From an uncultured Microbacteriaceae bacterium (GTDB lineage: Bacteria; Actinomycetota; Actinomycetes; Actinomycetales; Microbacteriaceae): a stretch of 64,000 bases of DNA. Under the pieces are notes generated by a model. That model had not been told where the DNA came from. It made no database searches and saw only the letters and a list, made by a program, of their open reading frames with translations. The position numbers were made by a program, and so were the translations under genes. The stretch covers positions 149,261-213,260 of the forward strand of contig CAYXSU010000001.1 of NCBI GenBank assembly GCA_964467805.1, read 5' to 3'. Positions 43,338 to 52,671 of the stretch are shown here, one piece after another (the first letter of the stretch is position 1; each line of letters starts with the position of its first letter).

Positions 43338-45327
43338 GCGCCCTGGTTTCTATGGCGGCCACAATTTCGTCGACAGCGTCTTCTATGGCAACGCCGTTCT
43401 TCTGGGTGCCATCGCGATACCGGAAGCTCACTGCTCCACTGGCTCTGTCGTCTTCTCCAGCGATCAGCAGGAAGGGCACCTTGTGCATGGTGTGGGTGCG
43501 AATCTTCTTGGGCATACGGTCATCCGATGCATCAAGTTCCGCCCGAACACCGCGCTTCGACAACCGATCGATAATCTCGCCCATGTAGTCGGCATATTCC
43601 TCAGCGACGGGGATTCCGACGACCTGGACGGGAGACAGCCACGCCGGGAATGCTCCTGCATAGTGCTCGGTCAAGACCCCGAAGAACCGCTCGATCGAAC
43701 CGAAGAGCGCACGGTGAATCATGATGGGTGTCTGCCTGCTTCCATCCGCTGCCTGATACTCAAGCTCGAAACGCTCAGGAAGTGTGAAATCGAGCTGAAT
43801 GGTGGACATCTGCCAGCTACGCCCGATGGCATCCTTGGCCTGGACCGAGATCTTCGGGCCATAGAACGCGGCGCCACCAGGGTCTGGAACTAGGGTGAGG
43901 CCCGAGCGAGTTGCTACTGATTCGAGGGTGCTCGTCGCTCTTTCCCATAGTTCGTCGGAGCCCACAAACTTGTCACTACTCTCATCTCTCGTGGAGAGCT
44001 CCAAATAGAAGTCAGTGAGTCCGAAGTCCCCGAGCAGTCGCAACACAAAATCGAGAAGGCTCGTGAGTTCTGATTCGAGGTCGTCAGGGGTGACGAAAAT
44101 GTGCGCGTCATCCATCGTGAGGCCTCGCACACGGGTCAGACCGTGAACGACGCCGCTCTTCTCATAGCGATACACCGTTCCAAACTCGAAGAGTCGCAAC
44201 GGAAGCTCCCGATAGGAGCGCTGTCGCGAACGGTAAATCAGAATGTGGAACGGGCAGTTCATCGGCTTCAGGTAGTAATCGACGCCCTGCTTGGTGATGG
44301 CCCCCGTGGAATCGCGCTGCTCATCCATCTGAATCGGGGGAAACATCCCCTCCTTGTACCAAGAAAGGTGACCTGAGGTCTCAAACAGCTCGCCCTTGGT
44401 AATGTGCGGGCTGTAGACGAACTCGTAGCCGGCGTGTTGGTGCTGCTGGCGAGAATAGTCCTCCATTACGCGACGAATGACCCCACCTTTGGGATGGAAG
44501 ACAGCCAGCCCCGAACCGATTTCATCCGGAAAAGAGAACAGGTCAAGCTCAACGCCGAGTTTGCGGTGATCCCGTCTCGCCGCTTCCTCAAGGCGGGTCA
44601 CGTAATCGGATAGGTCCTCTTCCGTTGCCCACGCAGTGCCGTAGATACGCTGGAGCTGAGGGTTCTTCTCGCTTCCGCGCCAATATGCCGCGGCAACCCG
44701 GGTCAGCTTCCAGCCCTTGCCAATCAGGCGAGTGTTGGGCAAGTGCGGACCGCGGCACAAATCACTCCAGACACGCTCTCCCGAGCGAGTGTCGATGTTG
44801 TCATAGACGGTGAGTTCGCCCTCGCCCACTTCTACGCCCTCAGCAGCGGCATCGACGCCGACGCTGCCCTTGAGCTCAACGAGCTCGAGCTTGTAGGGCT
44901 CTCCAGCAAGCTCTGTGCGAGCGTCCTCTGCGCTGACCACTCGCCTCACAAAGCGCTGCCCACTCTTGATAATCGAGTTCATCTGCTTCTCGAGCGCGGC
45001 TAAATCCTCTGACGAGAAGGGGTCTGCTACGTCGAAGTCGTAGTAGAAGCCATCCGTAATCGGTGGTCCAATTCCCAGCTTTGCATCCGGATTTACCTTC
45101 TGGACGGCCTGTGCCAGCACATGGGCGGTTGAGTGGCGCAATATCTCGAGGCCTTGAGGCGAGTCAAGATGAACCGGCGTGACAACATCACCCGAGTGCA
45201 CCGGTGAGTACAGATCGCGGAGCTGCCCATTGACCACGATCGCAACGACGGTCGCATCGGAGAAGAGTTGGTCCCCCGAGGTGTCGTTGGCCACCGTAAT
45301 GGCGGACTCTGAGGAAGGTGAACTCAC
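43330..45327 (-). CDS. thrS: threonine--tRNA ligase
   Basis: [45 protein letters not shown]. Start set at GTG 45327 because the ORF-track start runs through a tRNA. Confidence 0.97.
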   Translation of the reverse strand: MSSPSSESAITVANDTSGDQLFSDATVVAIVVNGQLRDLYSPVHSGDVVTPVHLDSPQGLEILRHSTAHVLAQAVQKVNPDAKLGIGPPITDGFYYDFDVADPFSSEDLAALEKQMNSIIKSGQRFVRRVVSAEDARTELAGEPYKLELVELKGSVGVDAAAEGVEVGEGELTVYDNIDTRSGERVWSDLCRGPHLPNTRLIGKGWKLTRVAAAYWRGSEKNPQLQRIYGTAWATEEDLSDYVTRLEEAARRDHRKLGVELDLFSFPDEIGSGLAVFHPKGGVIRRVMEDYSRQQHQHAGYEFVYSPHITKGELFETSGHLSWYKEGMFPPIQMDEQRDSTGAITKQGVDYYLKPMNCPFHILIYRSRQRSYRELPLRLFEFGTVYRYEKSGVVHGLTRVRGLTMDDAHIFVTPDDLESELTSLLDFVLRLLGDFGLTDFYLELSTRDESSDKFVGSDELWERATSTLESVATRSGLTLVPDPGGAAFYGPKISVQAKDAIGRSWQMSTIQLDFTLPERFELEYQAADGSRQTPIMIHRALFGSIERFFGVLTEHYAGAFPAWLSPVQVVGIPVAEEYADYMGEIIDRLSKRGVRAELDASDDRMPKKIRTHTMHKVPFLLIAGEDDRASGAVSFRYRDGTQKNGVAIEDAVDEIVAAIETRAHA

Positions 45328-45398
45328 GTCAATGGCGCTTTCTGAAGGCGGAAACTCTGCTCCCCACCTTAGTGGGGCTCGGGAGCAATGGCTCGTTG

Positions 45399-45470
45399 TG
45401 GGCGATACTGGGTTCGAACCAGTGACCTCTTCCGTGTGAAGGAAGCGCGCTACCGCTGCGCCAATCGCCC
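45399..45470 (-). tRNA. tRNA-Val (anticodon CAC)
   Basis: GGGCGAT acceptor, anticodon arm CTTCC-TTCACAC-GGAAG, GTTCGAA T-loop; CCA not encoded. Confidence 0.95.
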
Positions 45471-45603
45471 GCAGGGCAATCTTGCCACACATGCCAGGGA
45501 CCTGCTCAACCCCCCACAAGCGTTCTCCTGCGACACGGTCTGATTATTTGTGTCTCCTCGTGGACATCGGCTAGAGTCAAGGTTCACACGGTGACGTGTG
45601 AAT

Positions 45604-45675
45604 GCGGATGTGGCGCAGTGGTAGCGCATCACCTTGCCAAGGTGAGGGTCGCGAGTTCGAATCTCGTCATCCGCT
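45604..45675 (+). tRNA. tRNA-Gly (anticodon GCC)
   Basis: GCGGATG acceptor, TCACC-TTGCCAA-GGTGA, GTTCGAAT. Confidence 0.95.
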
Positions 45676-45709
45676 CGGTGAAGCCCTGAGGTGGGGCGTC
45701 ACAGACGGT

Positions 45710-45780
45710 GGTGGTGTGGCCGAGAGGCGAGGCAGCGGCCTGCAAAGCCGTTTACACGGGTTCGAATCCCGTCGCCACCT
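45710..45780 (+). tRNA. tRNA-Cys (anticodon GCA)
   Basis: GGTGGTG acceptor, GCGGC-CTGCAAA-GCCGT, GTTCGAAT, U discriminator. Confidence 0.95.
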
Positions 45781-45801
45781 CGGCGGAAAACTAAGAGAAA
45801 T

Positions 45802-45876
45802 GGGCGATTGGCGCAGTGGTAGCGCGCTTCCCTGACACGGAAGAGGTCACTGGTTCGAACCCAGTATCGCCCACCA
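45802..45876 (+). tRNA. tRNA-Val (anticodon GAC)
   Basis: GGGCGAT acceptor, CTTCC-CTGACAC-GGAAG, encoded CCA end. Confidence 0.96.
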
Positions 45877-45882
45877 GAGAAT

Positions 45883-46806
45883 TTATGCCGCAGAGCGGTC
45901 GATAATCTTGAAATCCGGCCCAACGAACCGCGAGGTGGTCCAGAACCGCAAGGCGTTGGTCACATTTATCTGAAGCGGCGAACTGCCCGCTATGTCGACC
46001 CTTGGCCGCCGAATCTGGTAGTTCACCGCGTAACGGTTGCCATTGATTACCTGAGCATGTTCGGACACATTCGATGAACCAGAAACCAGGCCGTGGCAAC
46101 GGGCCAACAGCCACGTGTCCCTAATCACCTGCATACCAAGCACGTAACGCCACTCGAGGACGTTGCTGGACATCCTGCTGAGCTTTTTGCGCTGACCGGT
46201 GCGAAATGAATCAGTAGTAACGACCATGGAGCCGTAGCGCTTTACAAAACCAGCCAGAGATTTTTCGTCCTCTGAGGCAACAAAAATTGAATCAAACTGC
46301 GCCCGCTCGAGTGCCTTGTCAACCATCTGGAAAAGCTGATGATTCTCCGGCGGCGCGAGGTGGGACTTAGCGGTGCGCATATCCGTGCCCCTCGCGTGCA
46401 CGCCGAGCGCCACCCCTCGTTCGTCGAGAAAGCTGCCCCACAGCGCGACATAGTCGGTCATCATCGAATTCAGTCGGATGTATTTGCCGAACACGGCCCG
46501 ATACTCGTCAACCTGTGAGTACTCGTGAACGGGAAACTGGGTGCCCCGGGGCGACGAATAGACAACTGCGTCAGGATCGGCGAGCGCAGTTGAGAGGCTA
46601 GTAGCGGAGACAGGCTCAAAGTAGTCACCCCACCCATCCGAATCTGGCGTGTCTTTCCGGTTTACAGGAGGGTGGGTCTGGAAATCAATAACCGGCGTGA
46701 GCCTATTCGCCTCAGCCCAACGCAGGAAGCATGTCGCCTCCCAGAGGTTCGAAAACATTGCGCCGCCTCGGCGAAACAGACCAATCCTTTTCTTCGGCAC
46801 CGCCAT
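45883..46806 (-). CDS. putative fucosyltransferase (NodZ / O-FucT-like, GT-B fold)
   Basis: G.MFSN, PVIDF, WGDYFEP, LGVHARGTD, IFVASED, DTWLLARCHGLVSGSSNVS resemble GDP-fucose-binding motifs. Confidence 0.7.
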   Translation of the reverse strand: MAVPKKRIGLFRRGGAMFSNLWEATCFLRWAEANRLTPVIDFQTHPPVNRKDTPDSDGWGDYFEPVSATSLSTALADPDAVVYSSPRGTQFPVHEYSQVDEYRAVFGKYIRLNSMMTDYVALWGSFLDERGVALGVHARGTDMRTAKSHLAPPENHQLFQMVDKALERAQFDSIFVASEDEKSLAGFVKRYGSMVVTTDSFRTGQRKKLSRMSSNVLEWRYVLGMQVIRDTWLLARCHGLVSGSSNVSEHAQVINGNRYAVNYQIRRPRVDIAGSSPLQINVTNALRFWTTSRFVGPDFKIIDRSAA

Positions 46807-46897
46807 ACCTTTCGAGTCGCAAGGAACTTCGTCATCTAACCTAATCTGAGTAGTCAGCCTCAGCCATCAACGAAGCTTCACAGAGAGATTGCTCTTT

Positions 46898-47974
46898 ATG
46901 CCCCAGCGCCCTCCAGTACGGAACTACTCAGCACAGATCCGGGGCTCTCTGCCCGACACGCTTCTCCACAGGCTGAGAAACCTGTTGCGCCTGAGCAACA
47001 GTCGCACTCTTGGTGCCGCTACGCGACTGGTTGACCTGATCTCCCAACGTTTTCGGAAGAAGTATCTCCCACTTCCTGCTCGCGCCTTGATTTCGCTGTG
47101 TCAGCCAATTGACCCTTTGCGAAGGGCGCGAAACCTCCCCGCGATTGAGCTCGTGATTCCCTTTGTGGAGAAAGACCTAGCGGCCCTCCCGATCGTTCTG
47201 GCGGCAGCCAAGCGCAACATCAGAAATCCGCTTGCCACCGTGACACTCATCACCCCGCGCGGGACTGACGGCAAGGGTCCGAGGTTCTCCTCTCAAGAGT
47301 CACATACAGCGTTGGAGACGATTCTCTCGGAGAACCCGGATGTGAGGGTGCTCTATGACCAGGACATTCTGGGAACCGCACTTTTGAAAGAGCTGAACGC
47401 CCGCTTTGGAGCGGGCGATCGCAACGCGGGCTGGGTTCTGCAACAGCTCATCAAGTTCTCGGCAGCAGAGCAATCGCGTGAAGTCGGGGCCCTAATGCTA
47501 GACGCAGACACCGTCATGCTCTCACCGAAGACCTGGATTCGAAGTGATAAGCGTCAGCTTCTCCAGATCGCCAACGAGTATCACGCGGACTTCATGCGCC
47601 ATGTGCTGATGTATTTCGGCGTGCCCAAGAAGTACCGACTCAGTTTCATTACCCATCACCAGCTCATGCAACCGGAAGTTGTCCGCAGGATGTTCCCGAG
47701 TGGCTCCGAATCGCTCCTTGAGTGGTGGAAGTCCTCAACAGACCCCACAGGGCGAGACCTCAGCGAGTATGAGACCTACGGCAGCTTTCTCGCGCACCAC
47801 TACCCGGAGCGCGTTGCCTATGGATCTTTTGGGAACCTTTTCTCGCCCCACCTAGCGAAGTTCATGCGCGATCTCAGAGAGACGGGTCTCTCACCTGAGC
47901 AGTTGATCCCCGACTACTGCACAGTGTCGTTCCACAGCTGGGCGCAGGTACCACTCGAGGACTCGTCAAACTAG
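46898..47974 (+). CDS. DUF6492-like putative glycosyltransferase (GT-A-like)
   Basis: LVIP..EKD, GWVLQQLIK, DxD motif LDADTV, SFITHHQLM, SEYETYG. Confidence 0.65.
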   Translation: MPQRPPVRNYSAQIRGSLPDTLLHRLRNLLRLSNSRTLGAATRLVDLISQRFRKKYLPLPARALISLCQPIDPLRRARNLPAIELVIPFVEKDLAALPIVLAAAKRNIRNPLATVTLITPRGTDGKGPRFSSQESHTALETILSENPDVRVLYDQDILGTALLKELNARFGAGDRNAGWVLQQLIKFSAAEQSREVGALMLDADTVMLSPKTWIRSDKRQLLQIANEYHADFMRHVLMYFGVPKKYRLSFITHHQLMQPEVVRRMFPSGSESLLEWWKSSTDPTGRDLSEYETYGSFLAHHYPERVAYGSFGNLFSPHLAKFMRDLRETGLSPEQLIPDYCTVSFHSWAQVPLEDSSN

Positions 47975-48604
47975 ACCCAGGCTATACAGCCCAAGATAAG
48001 CACCAAGCCCGATAAGAGCGAGCCCGCCACCTGCTCGCACCCACTCCAGCCTGGTTGCCGAACGCGAGAGCCAAGCCCTAGCACTGCCGGCGGCAACAGC
48101 CCACACCAGGTCACTGGCAATGCCCACCACCCAGAAGAATCCTCCGAGCACGAGCATCTGCACAATCACAGATCCTCTCGCCGGGTCCACAAACAGGGGG
48201 AAGGAGGCGATGAAGAAAACCAGCGTCTTTGCATTCGTAATGCCGACCACAGAACTATCGAGCAGCAACCGCCTGGTTGTTACCGATGGCGCATCGGCCT
48301 GGGCCTCGGCAAACACCCGACGATGGCGGATGCCCTCAACGCCCAGATAGATCAGGAACGCGGCCCCCACCACCTTCACAATGCCGAAGAGCAGCTCGGA
48401 TTGGGACACCACCGCTCCGACACCAAGGGCAACGGCGAGAATCTGAATCCCCACACCGATCCCGTTTCCTAGAACGCTGATTACTGCCCCGCGCGTGCCA
48501 AGGATCATCGCCCGGCCAATCACAAAAACAACGCTGGGGCCCGGAACAACGATGACCACGAGAGCCAGAACCATGAACGAAAGCAACGCGGTGGTTTCTG
48601 GCAC
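47966..48604 (-). CDS. LysE/RhtB family amino-acid exporter
   Basis: VPGPSVVFV, VGAAFLIYLG, NAKTLVFF; multiple TM helices. Confidence 0.92.
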   Translation of the reverse strand: MPETTALLSFMVLALVVIVVPGPSVVFVIGRAMILGTRGAVISVLGNGIGVGIQILAVALGVGAVVSQSELLFGIVKVVGAAFLIYLGVEGIRHRRVFAEAQADAPSVTTRRLLLDSSVVGITNAKTLVFFIASFPLFVDPARGSVIVQMLVLGGFFWVVGIASDLVWAVAAGSARAWLSRSATRLEWVRAGGGLALIGLGAYLGLYSLGLV

Positions 48605-48689
48605 CGAGCAATACTACGCCTGAGGCTCGGCCACGGCAGCGCACAGGAAGCAAACTCCGACGAGGTGTGTTCGCGCTTCACAGAGACGA

Positions 48690-48721
48690 CTGTGGGGCCG
48701 GCCCAGAGACCGGCCCCACAG
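48690..48721 (-). terminator. hairpin terminator downstream of amt
   Basis: Perfect 12-bp inverted repeat CTGTGGGGCCGG / CCGGCCCCACAG 11 nt past the amt stop. Confidence 0.75.
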
Positions 48722-48732
48722 CTGCTTGTTGA

Positions 48733-49953
48733 TTACACCCGCTCGTCTGCTTCGAGCTGGTATCCCTCTTCACCGTGAACGATGGTGTCGATTCCTGCGA
48801 CCTCATCTTCGCTGGTGACACGGAAGCCCATAGTCTTCTCAATCGCGAAGCCCAAGACCAGCGCAACCACGAAGGAGTAGGCGAGCACCGCGAAGGCTGC
48901 GATGGCTTGCACCGCGAGCTGGCCGAAGTCGCCACCGGTGAACAGGCCAGTGTCAATAGCAAAGAACCCGAGATACAGAGTTCCTACCAACCCAGCAACC
49001 AGGTGGATACCAACGACGTCGAGGGAGTCGTCGTAGCCGAACTTGAACTTGAGGTCGACTGAGAGCGCCGAGATGATGCCGGCAACCACACCTAGCAAAA
49101 GCGCAAATCCCGGAGTCAGGTTCGCACACGCCGGGGTGATTGCCACCAACCCTGTGACAGCGCCGGAGGCGGCGCCCACAGCTGTGGCCTTGCCGTCCTT
49201 GAGCTTCTCAATGACCAACCACCCAAGGATTGCCGCAGCGGTGGCGCCGAGGGTGTTGACAACAATCAGACCCACGCCAGGCATTCCCTCGGCGAGGAAC
49301 TCCGCACCGGCGTTGAAGCCGAACCAGCCAAACCACAGTAAGGCGGCACCCAGCAGCACCAACGGCACGTTGTGTGGCTTGTGAGCACCCTTCTGGAAGA
49401 CAACACGGCGTCCCAAGACAATTGAGAGTGCGAGAGCGGCAGCACCTGCGTTGATGTGCACTGCGGTGCCACCGGCGTAGTCGATTACGCTCGGGAACCC
49501 GCCAAGCAGATCACCGAGATTGAGAATCCATCCACCCCCCCACACCCACGCAGCAACGGGGAAGTAGACCACAGTCGACCAGATACCAGCGAAGACCATC
49601 CAGGCACCAAACTTCGCCCGGTCTGCGATTGCACCTGAGATCAGGGCGACCGTGATGATCGCAAAGGTTGCACCGAACGCGGCCCCTAGGAGACCCTCGT
49701 TATCGAGGCCTGCAAGACCGAAGCCGGTAAGCGGATTGCCGGCAAATTCGGCCGCTCCCCCAACACTCGACATACTCCAGCCATACAGAATCCACAGAAC
49801 GCCGACGAGTGCGAGAGCGCCGAAGCTCATCATCATCATGCTGACGACACTCTTGGCCTTGACGAGACCGCCATAAAAGAACGCAACGCCAGGGGTCATC
49901 AGCAACACCAATGCGGTGGCCGTGATTCCCCAGGCTAACTGGCCTGTATCCAT
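48733..49953 (-). CDS. amtB: ammonium transporter
   Basis: LMTPGVAFFYGG, DYAGGTAVHINAG, LWFGWFGFNAG, DDSLDVVGIH (twin His retained). Confidence 0.96.
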   Translation of the reverse strand: MDTGQLAWGITATALVLLMTPGVAFFYGGLVKAKSVVSMMMMSFGALALVGVLWILYGWSMSSVGGAAEFAGNPLTGFGLAGLDNEGLLGAAFGATFAIITVALISGAIADRAKFGAWMVFAGIWSTVVYFPVAAWVWGGGWILNLGDLLGGFPSVIDYAGGTAVHINAGAAALALSIVLGRRVVFQKGAHKPHNVPLVLLGAALLWFGWFGFNAGAEFLAEGMPGVGLIVVNTLGATAAAILGWLVIEKLKDGKATAVGAASGAVTGLVAITPACANLTPGFALLLGVVAGIISALSVDLKFKFGYDDSLDVVGIHLVAGLVGTLYLGFFAIDTGLFTGGDFGQLAVQAIAAFAVLAYSFVVALVLGFAIEKTMGFRVTSEDEVAGIDTIVHGEEGYQLEADERV

Positions 49954-50029
49954 TAGTTCTCTCCCTTGGTAACACCGACATGGGAGCACGGTGATTAACC
50001 ATGCTGTGCCACCAGTGTCACGGGACGAG

Positions 50030-50098
50030 GTTTCTCAGCAGGAGCGGGGATGTTTCGAATCTATTTCGAACCGGCACGCTGTGTTAAGAGTGTGTTAC
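50030..50098 (-). promoter_or_regulatory. candidate GlnR boxes upstream of amt
   Basis: Minus strand: GTAAC-n6-TTAAC, then GAAAT-n6-GAAAC, and a further GAAAC 22 nt later; resembles gTnAc-n6-GaAAc. Confidence 0.6.
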
Positions 50099-51448
50099 CT
50101 AAGCCTTTTGGAACACGTCCGGAATCCCGTCGTGGTTGTCGTCGCGGGCTTCGTCCTCGGCAACGCTTCTGTAGTAGCGGTTCCGGCTGCCGAGGATGAG
50201 CGCTGCAAGCAAGGCGGCAACAACCGACCCCACCAAAATGCCGAGTTTTGCTTCGTCTCCAAAGACTGTCCCGAGCCCGAAACTGAGCTCACCAATTAGG
50301 AGCGACACGGTGAACCCGATGCCAGCCAAAAGAGCAATTCCCACCAGGTCAATCCAGGCCATTCCTCGGGGAAGACTGAGTCCTGGAAGCCTGGTAATCA
50401 GCCAAGTGGCAACGACAACGCCGACGGTCTTGCCCACCACCAGCGCGACGATGATACCTAGGGAAACAGGCGACAATAGCAGCTCGACGAACTGGGAGCC
50501 AGATCCAAGGTTCACGCCAGCAGCAAAGAAAGCAAACAACGGAACCGCGAAACCCGCTGAGAAAGGACGGAACCTGTGCTCAAAAATGCCGGCTAAGCCA
50601 TCTCCCGGCTCAGCTGGCTTGGCCTGACGGTCTTTTCGAGGGCGCAGAACCGGAATCGTGAAAGCAAGGAGCACGCCTGCGATCGTCGCGTGCACACCGG
50701 AGCCATACATGAAGAACCACGCGACGATTCCAATCGGCAGAAGAATCACCCATGCAGCCCCAAACCGCTCCGCATAAAAGTTTTGATAACGCTGAGCGAT
50801 GAACCCATAGACCACAATCACACCAAGAGCCAAGGCAAAGTTTCTGATGTCAAGATCATCCGTGTAGAAGACGGCAATGACGGTAATGCCAATCAGGTCA
50901 TCGACAACGGCGAGAGTCAGCAGGAATGTCCGCAAAGCCAGTGGCAACCATGTCCCTACGAGCGCCAGGACTGCCAGCGCAAAGGCAATGTCTGTGGCAA
51001 TCGGAATGGCCCAACCCCGTGCTGCCTCAGGTACACCCATCGCCTGCGTAATGCTCACATAAATGAGCGCGGGGACAATAACCCCGCCGACCGCGGCCAC
51101 CACAGGAACTAGGGCTTTTCTGGGGTCACGAAGTTCACCAGAGACAAACTCCCGCTTGAGTTCAAGCCCGACGAGAAAGAAGAAGATTGCAAGCAGGCCA
51201 TCAGCAGTGAAGTGGCCCACGCTGATTTTCATCGCAGCGTCACCAAAGCCGATACTCAAGTAGGTACTGCGAAGGCCGAAGTAGGCATCGGAGAGAGGTG
51301 AATTCGCGAGGAGCACGGCCAGAAAAGCTGCTCCAACAATGATGAGACCGCCGATGGTCTCTCGGCGCAAAATCCTCTCAATCCACAACGACTCGAGGTA
51401 TTCACCTCGGCCGGAGGTGGTCTGGATTGATGGTTTGTTGCTCGCCAC
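50099..51448 (-). CDS. nhaA: Na+/H+ antiporter NhaA
   Basis: DGLLAIFFFLVGLELKRE, GWAIPIATDIAFA, LAVVDDL, SGVHAT, GIGFTVSL; start approximate. Confidence 0.95.
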   Translation of the reverse strand: MASNKPSIQTTSGRGEYLESLWIERILRRETIGGLIIVGAAFLAVLLANSPLSDAYFGLRSTYLSIGFGDAAMKISVGHFTADGLLAIFFFLVGLELKREFVSGELRDPRKALVPVVAAVGGVIVPALIYVSITQAMGVPEAARGWAIPIATDIAFALAVLALVGTWLPLALRTFLLTLAVVDDLIGITVIAVFYTDDLDIRNFALALGVIVVYGFIAQRYQNFYAERFGAAWVILLPIGIVAWFFMYGSGVHATIAGVLLAFTIPVLRPRKDRQAKPAEPGDGLAGIFEHRFRPFSAGFAVPLFAFFAAGVNLGSGSQFVELLLSPVSLGIIVALVVGKTVGVVVATWLITRLPGLSLPRGMAWIDLVGIALLAGIGFTVSLLIGELSFGLGTVFGDEAKLGILVGSVVAALLAALILGSRNRYYRSVAEDEARDDNHDGIPDVFQKA

Positions 51449-51497
51449 GCGCACACTCCTCGGTCTGGTCTTGGAGTTCCTCAGTTTAGGCGAGCGC

Positions 51498-52565
51498 CTA
51501 GAGCGTCGCCTGAGGATTCCCGGCAAGTCGTGTGAGAGCAATCATGCGAGACACAGCGCGAAGGTATTTCTTGCGATATCCACCAGAAAGCATCGTCTCG
51601 TCGAAGACCTCATCAAGTGCCAGTCCGCTGGGAACAATCGCTACACGTGCGTCATAGAGTCGGTCAACGAGCGCAACCAATCGCAACGCTTCAGCCTGAT
51701 TGTGAAGCTGGTAGACCCCGGTCCACGCCACACCGTCTAACCCCTCCACGAGACCGACATACCGACTGGGGTGGATGGTGGCGAGGTGGGCGATCACATC
51801 CCCAAACTCATCAAGCGTCACCGAGTCCCCCAGGGAGCGCACTGTGCGCTCTACGGCGCCAGGCGCGACGACAACGGCATGGCCCTCAAAGTCGCGCCTG
51901 CGATAGTCTTCCCCGTCAATTCGAACGGTCAGGAATTTGTCTGCAAGTGCTGTGATTTCGCGGAGAAAATCTTCAGCCGCAAACCGGCCTTCGCCGAGAG
52001 CGGCTGGCGGAGTATTGGATGTCGCAGCCAACCGGGTGCCAGAGGCGACAAGTTCGCCCAGTAGCCGCGACATCACCATCGTGTCGCCCGGGTCATCCAA
52101 CTCAAACTCGTCAATCGCGAGGAACGCCGCTCCCTTGAGGTGGTCCACAGCCCCGCGGTAGCCAAGAGCTCCCACGAGCGCCGTGTATTCAATAAATGTT
52201 CCGTAGTAACTGCGACCCGGAATCAGATGCCACATTGCGGCAAGCAGGTGCGTTTTCCCCACCCCAAAACCACCGTCGAGGTATATCCCTGGCTTCACGG
52301 GCGCTTGCGGTGCTTTTGTCCCGCCAAATTTCCACCCCGAGGGGCGGGTGGATGCAGACGCGGCAACGAAGGCCTTCGCGCTCTCGAGAGCCTGCATCTG
52401 TGAAGGGTGCGCGGGATCGGGGGTGTAGTTGTCGAGGCTTGCTAACTGAAACTGCGCCGGTGGCACAAAGTGGCGCAACATATCTTCAATGGAGAGCACC
52501 GGGTGCCTATCGCAGAGGCTCGCCGGTGTGCTAGTCCCAGCAGTCGGGGAATTCATGTGACTCAC
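51498..52565 (-). CDS. zapE: cell division protein ZapE (AFG1-like ATPase)
   Basis: GIYLDGGFGVGKTHL, IDEFELDD, TSNTPP, DGEDYR, LVDRLYD. Confidence 0.92.
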   Translation of the reverse strand: MSHMNSPTAGTSTPASLCDRHPVLSIEDMLRHFVPPAQFQLASLDNYTPDPAHPSQMQALESAKAFVAASASTRPSGWKFGGTKAPQAPVKPGIYLDGGFGVGKTHLLAAMWHLIPGRSYYGTFIEYTALVGALGYRGAVDHLKGAAFLAIDEFELDDPGDTMVMSRLLGELVASGTRLAATSNTPPAALGEGRFAAEDFLREITALADKFLTVRIDGEDYRRRDFEGHAVVVAPGAVERTVRSLGDSVTLDEFGDVIAHLATIHPSRYVGLVEGLDGVAWTGVYQLHNQAEALRLVALVDRLYDARVAIVPSGLALDEVFDETMLSGGYRKKYLRAVSRMIALTRLAGNPQATL

Positions 52566-52671
52566 TTCGTAGCATTCGGCGACAACGTTCAGGGGCGGGT
52601 GCGAGAATGACCCCAGGACCCAGCGTACCCGCCTGGACCAACGATTCTGTTTCTACCCAAGGAGTTCCACC

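Noticed and set aside
45328-45519. Apparent N-terminal extension of ThrS in the ORF track
   Set aside because: It is an open frame read through tRNA-Val(CAC); the real start is downstream
45877-48730. Possible prophage or integrative element at tRNA-Val
   Set aside because: No integrase, phage gene or att direct repeat seen; at most a small insert
50050-50072. TTCGAATCTATTTCGAA palindrome resembling an actinobacterial LexA box
   Set aside because: Spacing and inner bases do not fit CGAAC-N4-GTTCG; better explained by GlnR-like half-sites
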